From an uncultured Actinomycetota bacterium (GTDB taxonomy: Bacteria > Actinomycetota > Actinomycetes > JAHEKZ01): 64,000 bases of DNA. The DNA lies in assembly GCA_963743915.1 (NCBI GenBank), contig CAVURN010000002.1, positions 352,001-416,000 on the forward strand, written 5' to 3'. A program made the translations under genes and the position numbers. Positions within the stretch are counted from its first letter, which is position 1, and each line of letters opens with the position of its first letter. Shown one piece after another: positions 11,128 through 22,727 of the stretch. A model generated the notes under the pieces. That model ran no database searches and had not been told where the DNA came from. It saw only the letters and a program-made list of their open reading frames with translations.

Positions 11128-12374
11128 CGGGTGCCTCCTTCGGTGGGGGTGTCGAGATCCGGCAGCTCGTGCCCCATCCGGTCGCGCTTGGTCGCCAGGT
11201 AGCGCACGTTCGCGTCCGTGACCGACGGTGGCAGCGGCTCGCGGGCGACGATGGTCAGGCCGTAGCCCTCGAGACCGGCGCGCTTGGTGGGGTTGTTCGT
11301 GAGCAGCCGCATCGTGCGCACCCCGAGGTCGGCCAGGATCTGGGCCCCGGTGCCGTAGTCACGGGCATCGGCGGGCAGTCCGAGCTCGAGGTTGGCCTCG
11401 ACGGTGTCGGCGCCGGCGTCCTGCAGCTGGTAGGCGCGCAGCTTGTGCAGCAGCCCGATGCCGCGGCCCTCGTGGCCGCGCAGGTACAGCACCACCCCGC
11501 GACCCTCGTCGGCGACCCGCTGCAGGGCCGTGGCGAGCTGCGGGCCGCAGTCGCACCGGGTCGACCCGAGCACGTCACCGGTGAGGCACTCGCTGTGCAC
11601 CCGCACGAGCACGTCGTCGCCGTCGCCGATGTCGCCGCACACCAGCGCCACGTGGTCGGTGCCCGTGATGGTGTCGCGGTACCCGAAGGCGGTGAAGGTG
11701 CCGAAGCGCGTGGGCAGCTGGGTGGAGGCCACCCGCTCCACCTGGCGTTCCGTGCACCGGACGTGAGCGATGAGGTCCGCGATCGAGATCATCGTCAGGC
11801 CGTGCTCGTCCGCGAACTCCCGCAGCTGCGGTGCCCGCATCATCGAGCCGTCGTCGTGGACGATCTCGCAGATCGCTCCCGCGGGGCTGAGCCCCGCCAG
11901 GCGGGCCAGGTCCACGGCCGCCTCGGTGTGGCCCGGCCGGCGCAGCACCCCTCCCTCGGCCGCCCGCAGCGGGAAGACGTGACCGGGCCTGGTGATCTCG
12001 TTCGGCTCGGTCGCCGAGTCGGCCAGCACGCGGATGGTGTGGGCCCGGTCAGCCGCTGAGATCCCGGTCGTGATGCCGTCGCGGGAGTCGACGCTGACGG
12101 CGTACGCCGTTCCCTTGCGGTCCTCGTTGACCATGGTCATCGGGGGCAGGGCGAGCCGGTCGAGGTCGGGGCCGGTCATGGCCACGCAGATGACGCCGGA
12201 CGTGTGGCGGATCATGAAGCCCGCCAGCTCCGGGGTGGCACGCTGCGCGGCGAAGATGAGGTCGCCCTCGTTCTCGCGGTCCTCGTCGTCGACGACGACA
12301 ACAGCGCGGCCGACGGCGATGTCCGCGATGGCCTGCTCGACCGGATCGAGCCGCAGGGGGACGGTGGTGGCCAT
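11124..12374 (-). CDS. ribBA: Bifunctional DHBP synthase / GTP cyclohydrolase II
   Basis: [23 protein letters not shown]; [10 protein letters not shown]...[18 protein letters not shown]. Confidence 0.96.
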   Translation of the reverse strand: MATTVPLRLDPVEQAIADIAVGRAVVVVDDEDRENEGDLIFAAQRATPELAGFMIRHTSGVICVAMTGPDLDRLALPPMTMVNEDRKGTAYAVSVDSRDGITTGISAADRAHTIRVLADSATEPNEITRPGHVFPLRAAEGGVLRRPGHTEAAVDLARLAGLSPAGAICEIVHDDGSMMRAPQLREFADEHGLTMISIADLIAHVRCTERQVERVASTQLPTRFGTFTAFGYRDTITGTDHVALVCGDIGDGDDVLVRVHSECLTGDVLGSTRCDCGPQLATALQRVADEGRGVVLYLRGHEGRGIGLLHKLRAYQLQDAGADTVEANLELGLPADARDYGTGAQILADLGVRTMRLLTNNPTKRAGLEGYGLTIVAREPLPPSVTDANVRYLATKRDRMGHELPDLDTPTEGGTR

Positions 12375-12967
12375 CAGCGGTCTCCTCGCATCATCTGCTC
12401 CACGTACTTGGCCACGACGTCGACCTCCAGGTTCACCGGGTCACCGGGTTGTCTGCTGCCCAGAGTGGTGAGCGCGAGCGTCGCGGGGATCAGGCTCACG
12501 GTGAAGGTGCCCTCACCGAGCGCAGCCACCGTCAGCGACACCCCGTCGACCGTGATGGAGCCCTTCTCCACGACGTACCGGTTCAGGTCGGGAGGCAGCG
12601 AGATCTCGACGAGCTCCCAGCTCTCGCCGGGCGTGCGCCGCACGATCGTGGCTGTCGCGTCGACGTGCCCCTGCACCAGGTGCCCGCCGAGCCGCGACTG
12701 GAGGGTCAGCGGCCGTTCCAGGTTCACCGGCGAACCGGGTCGCAGGACGCCCAGGCTCGAGCGCTGCAGCGTCTCCTCCATCACGTCGGCGGTGAAGGTG
12801 CCGTCCTCGACCGAGGTGACGGTCAGGCACACCCCGTTCACCGCGATGGAGTCGCCGTGTCCGGCGTCCTCGGTCACGAGTGGACCGCGGATCCGCACGG
12901 CGGCCGATGCCGCTCCATGCTCGACCGTGACGACCTCGCCGAGCTCCTCGACGATCCCTGTGAACAT
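12374..12967 (-). CDS. ribE: Riboflavin synthase
   Basis: MFTGIVEE start; [23 protein letters not shown]. Confidence 0.96.
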   Translation of the reverse strand: MFTGIVEELGEVVTVEHGAASAAVRIRGPLVTEDAGHGDSIAVNGVCLTVTSVEDGTFTADVMEETLQRSSLGVLRPGSPVNLERPLTLQSRLGGHLVQGHVDATATIVRRTPGESWELVEISLPPDLNRYVVEKGSITVDGVSLTVAALGEGTFTVSLIPATLALTTLGSRQPGDPVNLEVDVVAKYVEQMMRGDR

Positions 12968-14012
12968 CTAGTCATCTCCCTCGAAGCGTGGCGCGTCCGG
13001 GTGCAGGAGCGCCGTCCATCGGATGTCGGGGCCGACGCGGCGCACGTCGTCGAGCTCGAGCCGTCTGACGTCGCCGATCGTGGCCACGCCGAGGTCGCCG
13101 ATCAGCGACGGACCGGCACCGAGCAGCGCAGGGGCCACGAAGCCCACCATGCGGTCCACCAGGCCGGCACGGAGAAAGGCGGCCGCCAGTGTCGGCCCCC
13201 CTTCGAGCAGGACGTGCTGCACGTCGCGGTCCACGAGCGACGTCAGGAGCCCTTCGACATCGTGACCGGGGACCAGAATCGTCGGTGCGGCGTCGTCCAG
13301 CACGCGCGAGGACGCCGGCAGCGCGCGGTCCCCGAGGACGACGCGGAGAGGTTGGTGGGGCAGCAGGGAGCCGTCGGTGTCCCGTGCGGTGAGGTGCGGG
13401 TCGTCGACGAGGGCGGTACCGGTGCCGACCACCACCGCATCGACCTCGGCCCGCAACCGGTGCACCTGCGCGCGTGCCTCGGCCCCGGTGATCCACCGGC
13501 TGGTGCCGTCGGCCGCTGCCGTCCGGCCGTCGAGGGTGGAGGCGGTCTTGAGGGTCACCAGGGGTCGGCCGTGCTCCAGCGCGAACGACCAGACCCGGTT
13601 GAGGCCGGCCGCCTCGTCCTCCCGCAGACCTCCTTCGACGGAGAGCCCGGCAGCGCGGAGCGCCTCGGCCCCGCCGCGGGCGACGGGGTTGATGTCGTGC
13701 TGTCCGAAGACGACCCGCGCCACGCCGGCGTCGAGCAGCGCTTGCGTGCAAGGACCGGTACGGCCTCTGGTGGTGGCACGGCTCGAGGGTGACGACGACG
13801 GTGGCGCCGCGCGCTGCGACCCCCGCGGCGGTGAGGGCGTCGATCTCGGCGTGCGGCGTACCAGCGCCACGGTGGAAGCCTTCACCGACCACGCGTCCGT
13901 CGTCGTCGAGCACGACGGCACCGACGCGGGGATTGGGGCCTCGCGGCACGCCCGGGGTGGCCGCCAGGAGCAACGCGCGCTGCATCGCTGCGCGTTCGGC
14001 GTCGCTGGCCAT
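12968..14012 (-). CDS. ribD: Bifunctional deaminase/reductase RibD (frameshift ~13770)
   Basis: [19 protein letters not shown], then [30 protein letters not shown]. Confidence 0.92.
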
Positions 14013-14109
14013 GCCCGGCTCCCGTCGGTTCAGGCTCCGGGGTCGGACGGGTGCAAGGACGCACCTCGGGGCCGGGCCTCCGAGCCGCTGCCCGGACGCC
14101 AGACCACGC

Positions 14110-14232
14110 ACGCGCCTCCCATCCGGACTTTGACCGTCGGCCTCGGAGTTCCACCGAGTCAACCGGTCACTGGAGGTGACCGGGTCGCGGGCTGTAACCG
14201 CCGGTTCGGAGTTGCACCGACCCCGGAGCGTG
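14110..14232 (-). ncRNA. FMN riboswitch (RFN element)
   Basis: Minus strand CTCCGGGGTCGGTGCAACTCCGAACCGGCGGTTACAGCCCGCGA...GACTCGGTGGAACTCCGAGGCCGACGGTCAAAGTCCGGATGGGAGG, upstream of ribD. Confidence 0.95.
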
Positions 14233-14306
14233 CTTCGCGGGTCAGTCTCTCACAGCGGCCGTGCGCCCGGCATCCCCGCGCGCCTTCGCTGCTGACCCGC
14301 GACCGG

Positions 14307-14972
14307 CTATCCGGCGGCCGCCTCGGCGGCCTTGCGCAGCTCGGCGACCATGGCGCCGGGGTCTTCGGCGGAGTACACGGCAGAGCCGGCGACGAAGACG
14401 TCCGCACCGGCAGCTGCCGCTCGCTCGATGGTGGCCTCGGAGATGCCACCGTCGACCTGCAGCCACACCGCGGAACCCTGGTCCCGCAGCAGGGCCCGGG
14501 CCCGCTCGATCTTCGGCAGCACGACGTCGAGGAAGGGCTGGCCCCCGAACCCGGGTTCGACGGTCATGAGCAGCACCATGTCCAGCTCGGGGAACAGGTC
14601 CGCATACGGCTCCACCGGGGTCGCCGGCTTGAGCGCCATGCCGGCACGCGCTCCGGCTCTGCGCAGCTCGCGGGCGAGCCGCACCGGTGCGCCGGCCGCT
14701 TCGACGTGGAAGGTGACCGACGCCGCCCCGGCCTCGACGTAGGCGGGTGCCCAGCGGTCGGGGTCCTCGATCATCAGGTGGCAGTCGAGGGGCAGCCGGG
14801 AGACCGCGGCCAGCCGCTCGACGATGGGCACGCCCAGGGTGAGGTTGGGGACGAAGTGGTTGTCCATCACGTCGACGTGGACCCAGTCGGCGGTGTCCGC
14901 GATGCTCTCGACCTCGTCGGCCAACCGGGTGAAGTCGGCCGTCAGGATGCTCGGCGCGATCTGGATGCCCAC
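14307..14972 (-). CDS. rpe: Ribulose-phosphate 3-epimerase
   Basis: [35 protein letters not shown]. Confidence 0.97.
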   Translation of the reverse strand: MGIQIAPSILTADFTRLADEVESIADTADWVHVDVMDNHFVPNLTLGVPIVERLAAVSRLPLDCHLMIEDPDRWAPAYVEAGAASVTFHVEAAGAPVRLARELRRAGARAGMALKPATPVEPYADLFPELDMVLLMTVEPGFGGQPFLDVVLPKIERARALLRDQGSAVWLQVDGGISEATIERAAAAGADVFVAGSAVYSAEDPGAMVAELRKAAEAAAG

Positions 14973-15105
14973 GGGCGGAGTCTAAGCCGGTCACGCGCCC
15001 GGCAGCGGGGGCGGCCCGCCGCACATTGCTCCATCCGGGAGACAGGCGGGCCGACTCGGTGGCGCAGCGCGCCACCGTCGGTCACGATGGAACCAGGGAG
15101 GGGAC

Positions 15106-16327
15106 ATGGGGGGAAACACCAGCGTCGGGGGGCCGCGGCTCGTCGACCGCGTCCTCGCCGTGCCCTCCGGGTTCACCGGAGCGGAGCGACGCCGTGCGCG
15201 GACGCTGCTCGGGATCTCCAGCGCGCTGGCAGTGGCCGCGGTGCCGGTCGCCGTTCTGGTGGGTCTCACGCTGCCCGACCCGACGCGCAGCGTCCCGGTC
15301 GTCCTCGTGGGTCTGGTGTTCTACGGGGTCATCCGCACGCTCGTCGCGCGCTCGCACGGCACGGCAGCGGCGTGGGTCTTCCTCGGCTACTTCGTGCTGG
15401 TTCCCGTCAACGGCGTCATCACCGACGGTGCCCCGCTCGCCATCGACGTGCTCTTCCTCCCGGTGATCCCGATCCTCGCCGCCCTCGTGCTTCCCCTGCG
15501 ACATGTCGTCCTCGCCTTTGCGTTGGCGATTCTCGAGCTCGGCCTCGTGGCAGCGTGGTCCCCGGACGCGGCGTACGACTCCGCCGACCTCAGCGTGTAC
15601 GTGGTGATCCTGCTGGCCATCTGCGGATCGGCCGCTCTCGCCCTGTCGGTGATCATCGATGGTGCCTTCGTCGAGGTCGACACCACCAGGGTCGAGGCCC
15701 AGAGGTTGGCCGACGAGCTGCAGGTGGCCAACAGCGAGCTGGAGGTGCGCGTCCGGTCCCGCACCGCTCGAGCTCGCCGAGGCGTTGCAGCGCGAGCAGC
15801 GGCTCAGCGCCCAGCTCGCCGAGCTGTCGGTCCGTGACTCCCTCACCGGACTGCACAACCGACGGCACATGGACGAGTCGATCGACCAGATGTTCCGTTA
15901 CGCCCAACGCAGTGGGAGCCCACTCAGCGTCGCCATCATCGACCTCGACGACTTCAAACGCATCAATGACGAGTACACGCACCTGGTGGGTGACCAGGTG
16001 CTGCGCGAGGCCGCGACCGTCATGGCTGCGTGCGTCCGTGGCGCCGACGAGCTGGTCCGCATGGGAGGCGAGGAGTTCGCGCTGCTCATGCCTGGCACGT
16101 CGTCGGGCGAGGCCATCACGGTCTGCGAGCGGATGCGACGTTCCCTCGAGACCCACGACTGGTCCACGGTGAAACCCGGCGCCCGGGTGACCGCGAGCTT
16201 CGGTGTCGCCACCAGCGGAACCAGCCGCGAGGTCTCCACGCTCATGCGTCACGCCGACGAGCAGCTGCTCAAGGCCAAGCGCAGCGGAAAGAACCGCGTG
16301 CTCTGCGCCACGGCGGAGGTGGCCTGA
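15106..16327 (+). CDS. Membrane-bound GGDEF (GGEEF) diguanylate cyclase (frameshift ~15765)
   Basis: About 6 TM helices and a coiled coil (ELQVANSELEVRVRSRT), then DSLTGLHNRR, DLDDFKRIND, GDQVL, RGAD I-site, RMGGEEF, VTASFG, AKRSGKNRV. Confidence 0.88.
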
Positions 16328-16342
16328 TCCGACCCCTCGCCC

Positions 16343-17740
16343 TCAGCTGCGGCGACGGAGCAGAGCCAGGTACATCGCATCGGTGCCGTGCCGGTGCGGC
16401 CACAGCTGCACGTCCGGTCCCGGCCCGAGGAAGGGCAGCTCGGCCGGCAGGCAGCTCCGCGCGTCGAGCGGCTCGAAAGCGTCAGGGAGCGCCTCTCGTA
16501 CGGCTCCGACGACCTCGACCGTCTCCTCCAGCAGCGGTGAGCACGTGACGTATCCGACCACCCCGCCGGGTCGCACCAGCCGCAGCGCGTTCTCGAGCAG
16601 CCGACGCTGCAAGGTGACGAGGTCCGGCAGGTCGCCGACGCGTCTGCGCCACCGTGCCTCCGGCCGACGACGCAACGCTCCCGTCCCCGTGCAGGGGGCG
16701 TCCAGCAGCACCCGGTCGTACCGGCCGGCTGCCTGCTCGCCCACGACGGGATCTGCTGCATCGACCACGCGCACGGTCGCGGAGCCGTAGCCGGCGACTG
16801 CCTGCTCCACCAGGCGGGCCCGGTGCGGCTGCAGCTCCCAGGCGTCGAGCGTCGCACGGCTCTGGGTGCCCAGGGCGGCCAGCAGCGCGGCCTTGCCCCC
16901 GGGCCCTGCGCACATGTCGAGCCATCGCTCCGGGCTTGCCGGACCACCGGCGGCGACCACCGGGGCCGCGAGCAGGGCAGCGGCCACGAGCTGGCTGCCT
17001 TCGTCCTGGACGCCGGCCCGGTGCTCGCGCACCGCGGGCAGCTGACCCGGGTCACCGCCCGGCCAGACGACCGCCCACGGTGACCAGCGTCCCGGTTCTC
17101 CCCCGGCGCTGACCAGCTCGGACACGTCGCAGCGTCCGGGGCGAGCGACCAGCGTGACCGCCGGGCTCCGGTTGTCGGCGGCGAGGAGCGCCTCGAGCTC
17201 GCCGGCGCCGTCCCGGGCCACCAGGGCCCGGTCGAAGGCCTCCACGACCCAGCGCGGGTGGGCATGCCGGAGGGCGAGCCCGTCGAGAGGGTCGTGGTGC
17301 GGGTCGTCGGCGAGCAGCGCGTCGACCCACGCGTCGTAGTCCTTGCTACTGATGCGGCGGAGCACGGCGTTGACGAAACCTGCCCGTCCAGCCCCGAGCT
17401 CGCGCCTGGCGAGGGTCACGGTGGTGGCGACAGCGGCGTGCGGCGGCACCTGCATACCGAGGAGCTGGTGGGTACCCAGCCGTAACAGGTCGCGCACCGG
17501 GGGGTCGACGCCGTCCCAGGGGCGGTCGATGCTGGCAGCAGCGATCCGGTCGTACGTACCCGAACGACGGAGGGTCCCGTAGGTGAGCTCGGTGGCAAAG
17601 GCCGCATCGCGTCCGGCCAGACCGGCCTTCCGCAGCCGTCGCGGGAGCAGCAGGTTCGCGTACGCGCTCCGTTCGGAGACGGCGCGCAGCACGCTGAACG
17701 CCACGGCCCGGGCGGAGTCGTCGGGCGGCTGGGGTGTCAC
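16343..17740 (-). CDS. rsmB: RsmB/NOP 16S rRNA m5C methyltransferase
   Basis: NusB-like N-terminus; [31 protein letters not shown]. Confidence 0.93.
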   Translation of the reverse strand: MTPQPPDDSARAVAFSVLRAVSERSAYANLLLPRRLRKAGLAGRDAAFATELTYGTLRRSGTYDRIAAASIDRPWDGVDPPVRDLLRLGTHQLLGMQVPPHAAVATTVTLARRELGAGRAGFVNAVLRRISSKDYDAWVDALLADDPHHDPLDGLALRHAHPRWVVEAFDRALVARDGAGELEALLAADNRSPAVTLVARPGRCDVSELVSAGGEPGRWSPWAVVWPGGDPGQLPAVREHRAGVQDEGSQLVAAALLAAPVVAAGGPASPERWLDMCAGPGGKAALLAALGTQSRATLDAWELQPHRARLVEQAVAGYGSATVRVVDAADPVVGEQAAGRYDRVLLDAPCTGTGALRRRPEARWRRRVGDLPDLVTLQRRLLENALRLVRPGGVVGYVTCSPLLEETVEVVGAVREALPDAFEPLDARSCLPAELPFLGPGPDVQLWPHRHGTDAMYLALLRRRS

Positions 17741-18684
17741 GAGAAGCGCTCGTCACCGACGAGTCGGGCACCACGCGCCCAGTCGGAGGCGGCCATCGGT
17801 CGCCTGCCGGCCGGGCGCACCTGTCCGAGCTCGACGGGCACCGACCCGGTGCCGACGTAGACCGCACCCTTTGTCACCGCCACCTGGCCCGGGGAGAGGG
17901 GGTCGATCCCTGCATCCCGCAGGTCGGTGGAGGCGTCGCTGGAGGCAAGGCGCAGCAGTCCGAGCCGGACGCCGGCGACCTCGCTCCAGGCGCCGGGCGC
18001 CGGGGTGCACGCACGGATCCGTCGGTCGACGGCAAGGGCGGGATCGGTCCAGCGGACCCGCGCGTCCGCGGTCGTCAGCTTCGGCGCGTGACTGACGTCC
18101 GCGGCCGACTGCGGCACCGGACGGAGCTCGCCGCTGGCGATGCCGTCGATCGTCTGGGCCAGCAGCTCGGCTCCGCTCGTCGCCAGGCGGGCCAGCAGGT
18201 CACCGGCGGTGTCGGAGGGCCGGACGGTCTCGGTGACCGTCCCGTAGACCGGTCCGGTGTCCAGTCCCTCCTCCAGCAGGAAGGTGGAGGCACCGGTGAC
18301 CTCATCCCCGTGCAGCAGCGCATGCTGCACCGGTGCTGCGCCGCGCCACGCCGGGAGCAGCGAGAAGTGCAGGTTGACCCACCCGTGCGGCGGGAGCGTC
18401 AACAGCGGACGTGGGACGAGACCGCCGTACGCGACCACCGGACAGCAGTCCGGGGAGAGGGCCGCGATCTCGCCAGCTGTCTCGGCGTTGAGCGCTGCCG
18501 GCCGCAGCACGGGAAGTCCGAGCTCCGACGCACGCCGCGCCACAGGAGACGGCTCGAGGCGGCGTCCCCGTCGCGACGGCGCGTCCGGCCGGGTGAGCAC
18601 ACCGACGACCTCGTGGGGCGAGGCGAGCAGCCGCTCCAGGGACGGAAGGGCGACGTCAGGCGTTCCGGCGAAGAGGAGACGCAT
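17737..18684 (-). CDS. fmt: Methionyl-tRNA formyltransferase
   Basis: [32 protein letters not shown]. Confidence 0.96.
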   Translation of the reverse strand: MRLLFAGTPDVALPSLERLLASPHEVVGVLTRPDAPSRRGRRLEPSPVARRASELGLPVLRPAALNAETAGEIAALSPDCCPVVAYGGLVPRPLLTLPPHGWVNLHFSLLPAWRGAAPVQHALLHGDEVTGASTFLLEEGLDTGPVYGTVTETVRPSDTAGDLLARLATSGAELLAQTIDGIASGELRPVPQSAADVSHAPKLTTADARVRWTDPALAVDRRIRACTPAPGAWSEVAGVRLGLLRLASSDASTDLRDAGIDPLSPGQVAVTKGAVYVGTGSVPVELGQVRPAGRRPMAASDWARGARLVGDERFS

Positions 18685-18695
18685 GGACGGCGGAC

Positions 18696-19241
18696 TCAGA
18701 GGGCGACGCCGCGGGTGGGGTGGGGACTGACCTTGACCGTGGGCACCGGTCCCCCCGCCCACTCCGCCTCGCGGATCGCCTTCATGGCCGCCTTGCGCTG
18801 CTCCTGGTCGAGCCGGTCGATGAACAAGATCCCGTCGAGGTGGTCGGTCTCGTGCTGCACGCAGCGCGCGAGCAGCTCGGTTCCCTCGATCACCACCGGG
18901 TCGCCGTACATGTTGAATCCCTTGGCCACGACACCGAAGGCGCGCCTGCAGTCGAACGTCAGCCCGGGGAGCGAAAGACACCCCTCCTCGCCGTCCTGTG
19001 TCTCCTCGGTGAGGTCGAGGGTCGGGTTGACCAGGTGTCCGACCACGTCGTCGACGTCGTACGTGAAGACCCGCAAGGAGACCCCGAGCTGGGGTGCGGC
19101 GAGACCGACTCCAGGCGCGTCGAGCATGGTCTCGGTGAGGTCCTTGACCAGCGTCCGCAGCTCCTTGTCGAAGTCGACCACCGGCTGCGCCGGCATGCGC
19201 AGCACCGGGTCGCCGAAGAGCCGGATGGGTTGGACGGTCAT
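18696..19241 (-). CDS. def: Peptide deformylase
   Basis: [22 protein letters not shown]. Confidence 0.97.
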   Translation of the reverse strand: MTVQPIRLFGDPVLRMPAQPVVDFDKELRTLVKDLTETMLDAPGVGLAAPQLGVSLRVFTYDVDDVVGHLVNPTLDLTEETQDGEEGCLSLPGLTFDCRRAFGVVAKGFNMYGDPVVIEGTELLARCVQHETDHLDGILFIDRLDQEQRKAAMKAIREAEWAGGPVPTVKVSPHPTRGVAL

Positions 19242-19267
19242 GCAGATCAGTCTAATGATCGCCGCGG

Positions 19268-19332
19268 CAGCAGCTGGTCTCAGCGTCAGGTCACAGCGTC
19301 AGGTCACAGCGTCAAGTCACAGGGCCAGGTCA
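19268..19332. repeat. 13-bp tandem repeat CAGCGTCAGGTCA (3 good and 2 degenerate copies)
   Basis: Units at 19281-19293, 19294-19306 and 19307-19319; degenerate units at 19320-19332 (priA 3' end) and 19268-19280. Confidence 0.85.
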
Positions 19333-21422
19333 CTGGGATCGACCTGGACGCGGGGCACCCGGTGCTTGCGCACGGTGATCTGACCCAGGGCGCGCCGGAG
19401 CGCGAGCGCCAGCTCCGAGGCGCGCTGCGGCGGTGCGGCGAGCATCCAGGTGGCCTGGGCCTCGTCTCCCCCGGTCGGCCGGGCGACCGGTCCGTAGGTG
19501 TCCGTGCCCTCCGGGAGCTCGAGCAACTCGCGGAGCTCGGCGACCGCCGCGGTGCCACCGGAGACCACCGCGAAGCGACGACCGGGGGGCAGTCCGAGCG
19601 CCTGGCGGTCGGCGAGCTCGTGGCCGGCGAAGCCGACCGGGTCCCACCGCACCAACGCCTGGACCACCCGCATGGCCGCGTCGGCCACGACCACGACCTG
19701 GCCGCCGGCCTCCGAGCTGCGGACCAGGGCTGCCGCGGCGACCCACCGACGCAGTGCCTCTTCGTCGGCCCGCAGGTCGGCCCGACCGACGAGCGCCCAG
19801 GTGTCGAGCAGCAGAGCCGCTGCGTAGCCGCCCGGTGCCAAGGGCTCGGCGCCCGGCGTCGCTACCACCAACGAGGGCTCGGCATCGACCTGGCGAAGGA
19901 CGTCGCGACCGCCGGAGGTGATCACCGGCACCCCAGGGAACGCGCGCCCCAGCTCTTCGGCGGTGCGACGAGCGCCGACGACTGCAGCACGCAGCTGGTC
20001 GTGCCCACACTCGGTGCAGCGGAACCCGGCGACCACGGTCGCGCACCACTGGCAGGCCGGGGTCCCGCCTGCCGACGGGACGCCGACCGGGCCCTGACAC
20101 TGCGCGCACCGTACGCGTGACCGGCACCGGCCGCACACCACTGCCGGCAGGTAGCCGCGTCGGGGCACCTGCACGAGGACCGGGCCCCGGGTGAGGCCGT
20201 CGTGGGCGGCCCTCCAGGCGACCGAGGGCAGCCGCGCGGCAGCCGCGAGCGGGTCGCGGTCGGAGTGCGCGTCGCTGCTGGCGCGCACGCGTGGGGCGGA
20301 TCGCCGGACCTCGGCGCGGTCCGGTGACACCGGCTCGAGGAAGCCGCGCTCCACCATCGCGGCCACCTCGGTGCTGCGGGTGTAGCCGCCGATCAGCAGC
20401 GCGCTGCCGCTCTGGTGCACCCGTAGCGCGGCGACCTCGCGCACGTGCGGGTACGGCGCGCGGGGCTCGGCGTGGAGGTCGTCGCCGTCATCCCACACGA
20501 CGACGAGGCCGAGCCGTGCCACGGGCGCATACACCGCGGCGCGGGTGCCGACCACGACCGACGCCTGTCCGCGCAGCACCCGGAGCCACCGGCGGTAACG
20601 CTCCCGCGGACCGAGATCGGCGGTGAGGACGACGTGCTCGACCTGCGCCGCGGTGAGGGCGGAGGCCATCTGCTGGACGTCTCGGTGGTCGGGCACGACG
20701 ACCAGCACCCCGCGACCGGCGGCGGCGGTGGTGGCCACGGCGGCCACGACAGCACCGATCCAGTGGAGCGGCCGGTCGTCGGACGGTGGCCCGGGCAAGG
20801 TCGTCCAGGCCGCACGCGGGCGTCGGCCCTCCGCCAGGGCGCGGAGGAAGGCCGGCCCACGGCGGTAGCGCGCCCAAGGTTCGTCGTCGACGCGTGGCAC
20901 CAGAAGCTGCTCGGGTCGCGCCGGATCCGCGGTGGCCTCGCGTTCGACGGCGGCGTGGCGCGGAGGCACCGCCAGCCGCAGCACGTCGGCGAGGGTACCC
21001 GCGTACCGGTCGGCCACTGCCCGGGCCAGCCGGAGGACCTCAGGGGTGAGCACCGGCTCGGGTGAGAGGACCGACGCCAAGGGACTGAGTCGACCGCCGT
21101 GCTCGCTGGTCGCCAACCGTTCGAGCAGGAACCCGTCGACCAGCTGCCCGGCGAACCGCACCCGCACCCGGCAGCCCGGGACCGCCGAGGCGTCCTGCGC
21201 CTCGGTGACGAGGTAGTCGAAGGGACGGTCGAGGTGGGCGAGCGGCACATCGACGGCGACCCGCGCCACCGGCAGCAGCTCGGCCACCGGACGCGCGGTG
21301 GAGGGTCCCGCCCGCCGGGCGCGCGCCGCCCGGCGGCGCACCGCCGCCTGCGGAAGGTCGGACAGACGCAGCTGCTCACCCTGTTCGCCGCCGGGCGGTG
21401 CGGGCGCGGGGCTGTCGGTCAC
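19317..21422 (-). CDS. priA: Primosomal protein N' (actinobacterial type)
   Basis: LAHLDRPFDY, VVGTRAA, WDDGDD, QVPRRGY, four CxxC pairs. Confidence 0.93.
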   Translation of the reverse strand: MTDSPAPAPPGGEQGEQLRLSDLPQAAVRRRAARARRAGPSTARPVAELLPVARVAVDVPLAHLDRPFDYLVTEAQDASAVPGCRVRVRFAGQLVDGFLLERLATSEHGGRLSPLASVLSPEPVLTPEVLRLARAVADRYAGTLADVLRLAVPPRHAAVEREATADPARPEQLLVPRVDDEPWARYRRGPAFLRALAEGRRPRAAWTTLPGPPSDDRPLHWIGAVVAAVATTAAAGRGVLVVVPDHRDVQQMASALTAAQVEHVVLTADLGPRERYRRWLRVLRGQASVVVGTRAAVYAPVARLGLVVVWDDGDDLHAEPRAPYPHVREVAALRVHQSGSALLIGGYTRSTEVAAMVERGFLEPVSPDRAEVRRSAPRVRASSDAHSDRDPLAAAARLPSVAWRAAHDGLTRGPVLVQVPRRGYLPAVVCGRCRSRVRCAQCQGPVGVPSAGGTPACQWCATVVAGFRCTECGHDQLRAAVVGARRTAEELGRAFPGVPVITSGGRDVLRQVDAEPSLVVATPGAEPLAPGGYAAALLLDTWALVGRADLRADEEALRRWVAAAALVRSSEAGGQVVVVADAAMRVVQALVRWDPVGFAGHELADRQALGLPPGRRFAVVSGGTAAVAELRELLELPEGTDTYGPVARPTGGDEAQATWMLAAPPQRASELALALRRALGQITVRKHRVPRVQVDPSDLAL

Positions 21423-21471
21423 GACGGAGTTCTACCGGTCGGGACCGACGAGGTCGGGCCGGATCCCGGCG

Positions 21472-22665
21472 TCAGGCGCCCGCTGCTGAGCGGAGCGCGT
21501 CCGCCCGGTTGGTGGCCTCCCACGTGAAGTCCGGCAGCTCCCGGCCGAAGTGGCCGTAGGCCGCGGTCTGGGCGTAGATCGGCCGGAGCAGGTCGAGGTC
21601 GGCGATGATCGCCCCCGGGCGCAGGTCGAAGACCTCGAGCACCGCGCGCTGGATTTCCGCGTCCGGGACCGTTCCGGTGCCGAAGGTCTCGACGAACAGC
21701 CCCACGGGATGGGCCTTGCCGATCGCGTAGGCGACCTGTACCTCGCACCGTCGGGCCAGTCCGGCCGCCACGACGTTCTTGGCCACCCAGCGCATGGCGT
21801 AGGCGGCTGACCGGTCGACCTTGCTCGGGTCCTTGCCGGAGAAGGCCCCGCCTCCGTGCCTGGCCATGCCGCCGTAGGTATCGATGATGATCTTGCGTCC
21901 GGTGAGGCCGGCGTCCCCCATGGGCCCGCCCACCTCGAACCGGCCGGTGGGGTTCACGAGCACCCGGTAGTCGCTGGCGTCGACCGCGAACCCGGCAAGC
22001 GTCGGCGCGATCACCAGCTCCTCGATGTCGGGCTGCAGCAGCGTCTCGAGGTCGATGTCACCGGCGTGCTGGGTGGAGACGACCACCGTGTCGACCCGCG
22101 CCGGGCGGTCGCCGTCGTACTCGATGGTGACCTGCGTCTTGCCGTCCGGGCGCAGGTAGGGCACCTGGCCGTCGCGCCGCACCGCGGCCAGCTGCTGGGC
22201 CATCCGGTGGGCGATCATGATCGGGAGCGGCATGAGCTCGGCCGTCTCGTCGCACGCGTAGCCGAACATCAGCCCCTGGTCGCCCGCCCCCTGCCGGTCG
22301 AGCGGGTCGGCGGAGTGGTCGTGGCGCTCCTCGTAGGCGTCGTCGACGCCCTGGGCGATGTCGGGAGACTGCGCGCCGATCGACACCGAGACGCCGCAGG
22401 ATCCGCCGTCGAAGCCCTTCTTGCTCGAGTCGTAGCCGATGGACAGCACCTTCTCGCGGACCAGTCCGGGGATGTCGGCGTAGGCACTCGTCGTGACCTC
22501 GCCGGCGACGTGCACGAGGCCGGTGGTGACGAGGGTCTCCACCGCGACCCGGCTGCTCGGGTCGTCCTTGATGAGTGCATCGAGGATGGTGTCGCTGATC
22601 TGGTCGGCGATCTTGTCCGGGTGACCTTCGGTCACGGACTCGGAGGTGAAGAGGCGGCCAGTCAC
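21472..22665 (-). CDS. metK: S-adenosylmethionine synthetase
   Basis: [29 protein letters not shown]. Confidence 0.98.
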   Translation of the reverse strand: MTGRLFTSESVTEGHPDKIADQISDTILDALIKDDPSSRVAVETLVTTGLVHVAGEVTTSAYADIPGLVREKVLSIGYDSSKKGFDGGSCGVSVSIGAQSPDIAQGVDDAYEERHDHSADPLDRQGAGDQGLMFGYACDETAELMPLPIMIAHRMAQQLAAVRRDGQVPYLRPDGKTQVTIEYDGDRPARVDTVVVSTQHAGDIDLETLLQPDIEELVIAPTLAGFAVDASDYRVLVNPTGRFEVGGPMGDAGLTGRKIIIDTYGGMARHGGGAFSGKDPSKVDRSAAYAMRWVAKNVVAAGLARRCEVQVAYAIGKAHPVGLFVETFGTGTVPDAEIQRAVLEVFDLRPGAIIADLDLLRPIYAQTAAYGHFGRELPDFTWEATNRADALRSAAGA

Positions 22666-22727
22666 GACGGGTGCTCCTCGTGTGCGCGGGGCGATGGGAC
22701 GCCGGCGGGCCGCCGGCACCGGGCAGT

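Noticed and set aside
14985-15100. c-di-GMP riboswitch upstream of the GGEEF gene
   Set aside because: No GCAAAC/GNRA-receptor (class I) or kink-turn (class II) signature visible.
13377-16172. 931-aa plus-strand ORF and similar long antisense ORFs (e.g. 28949-31225, 60581-62614)
   Set aside because: Shadow ORFs of high-GC coding DNA overlapping well-supported genes; no recognisable motifs.
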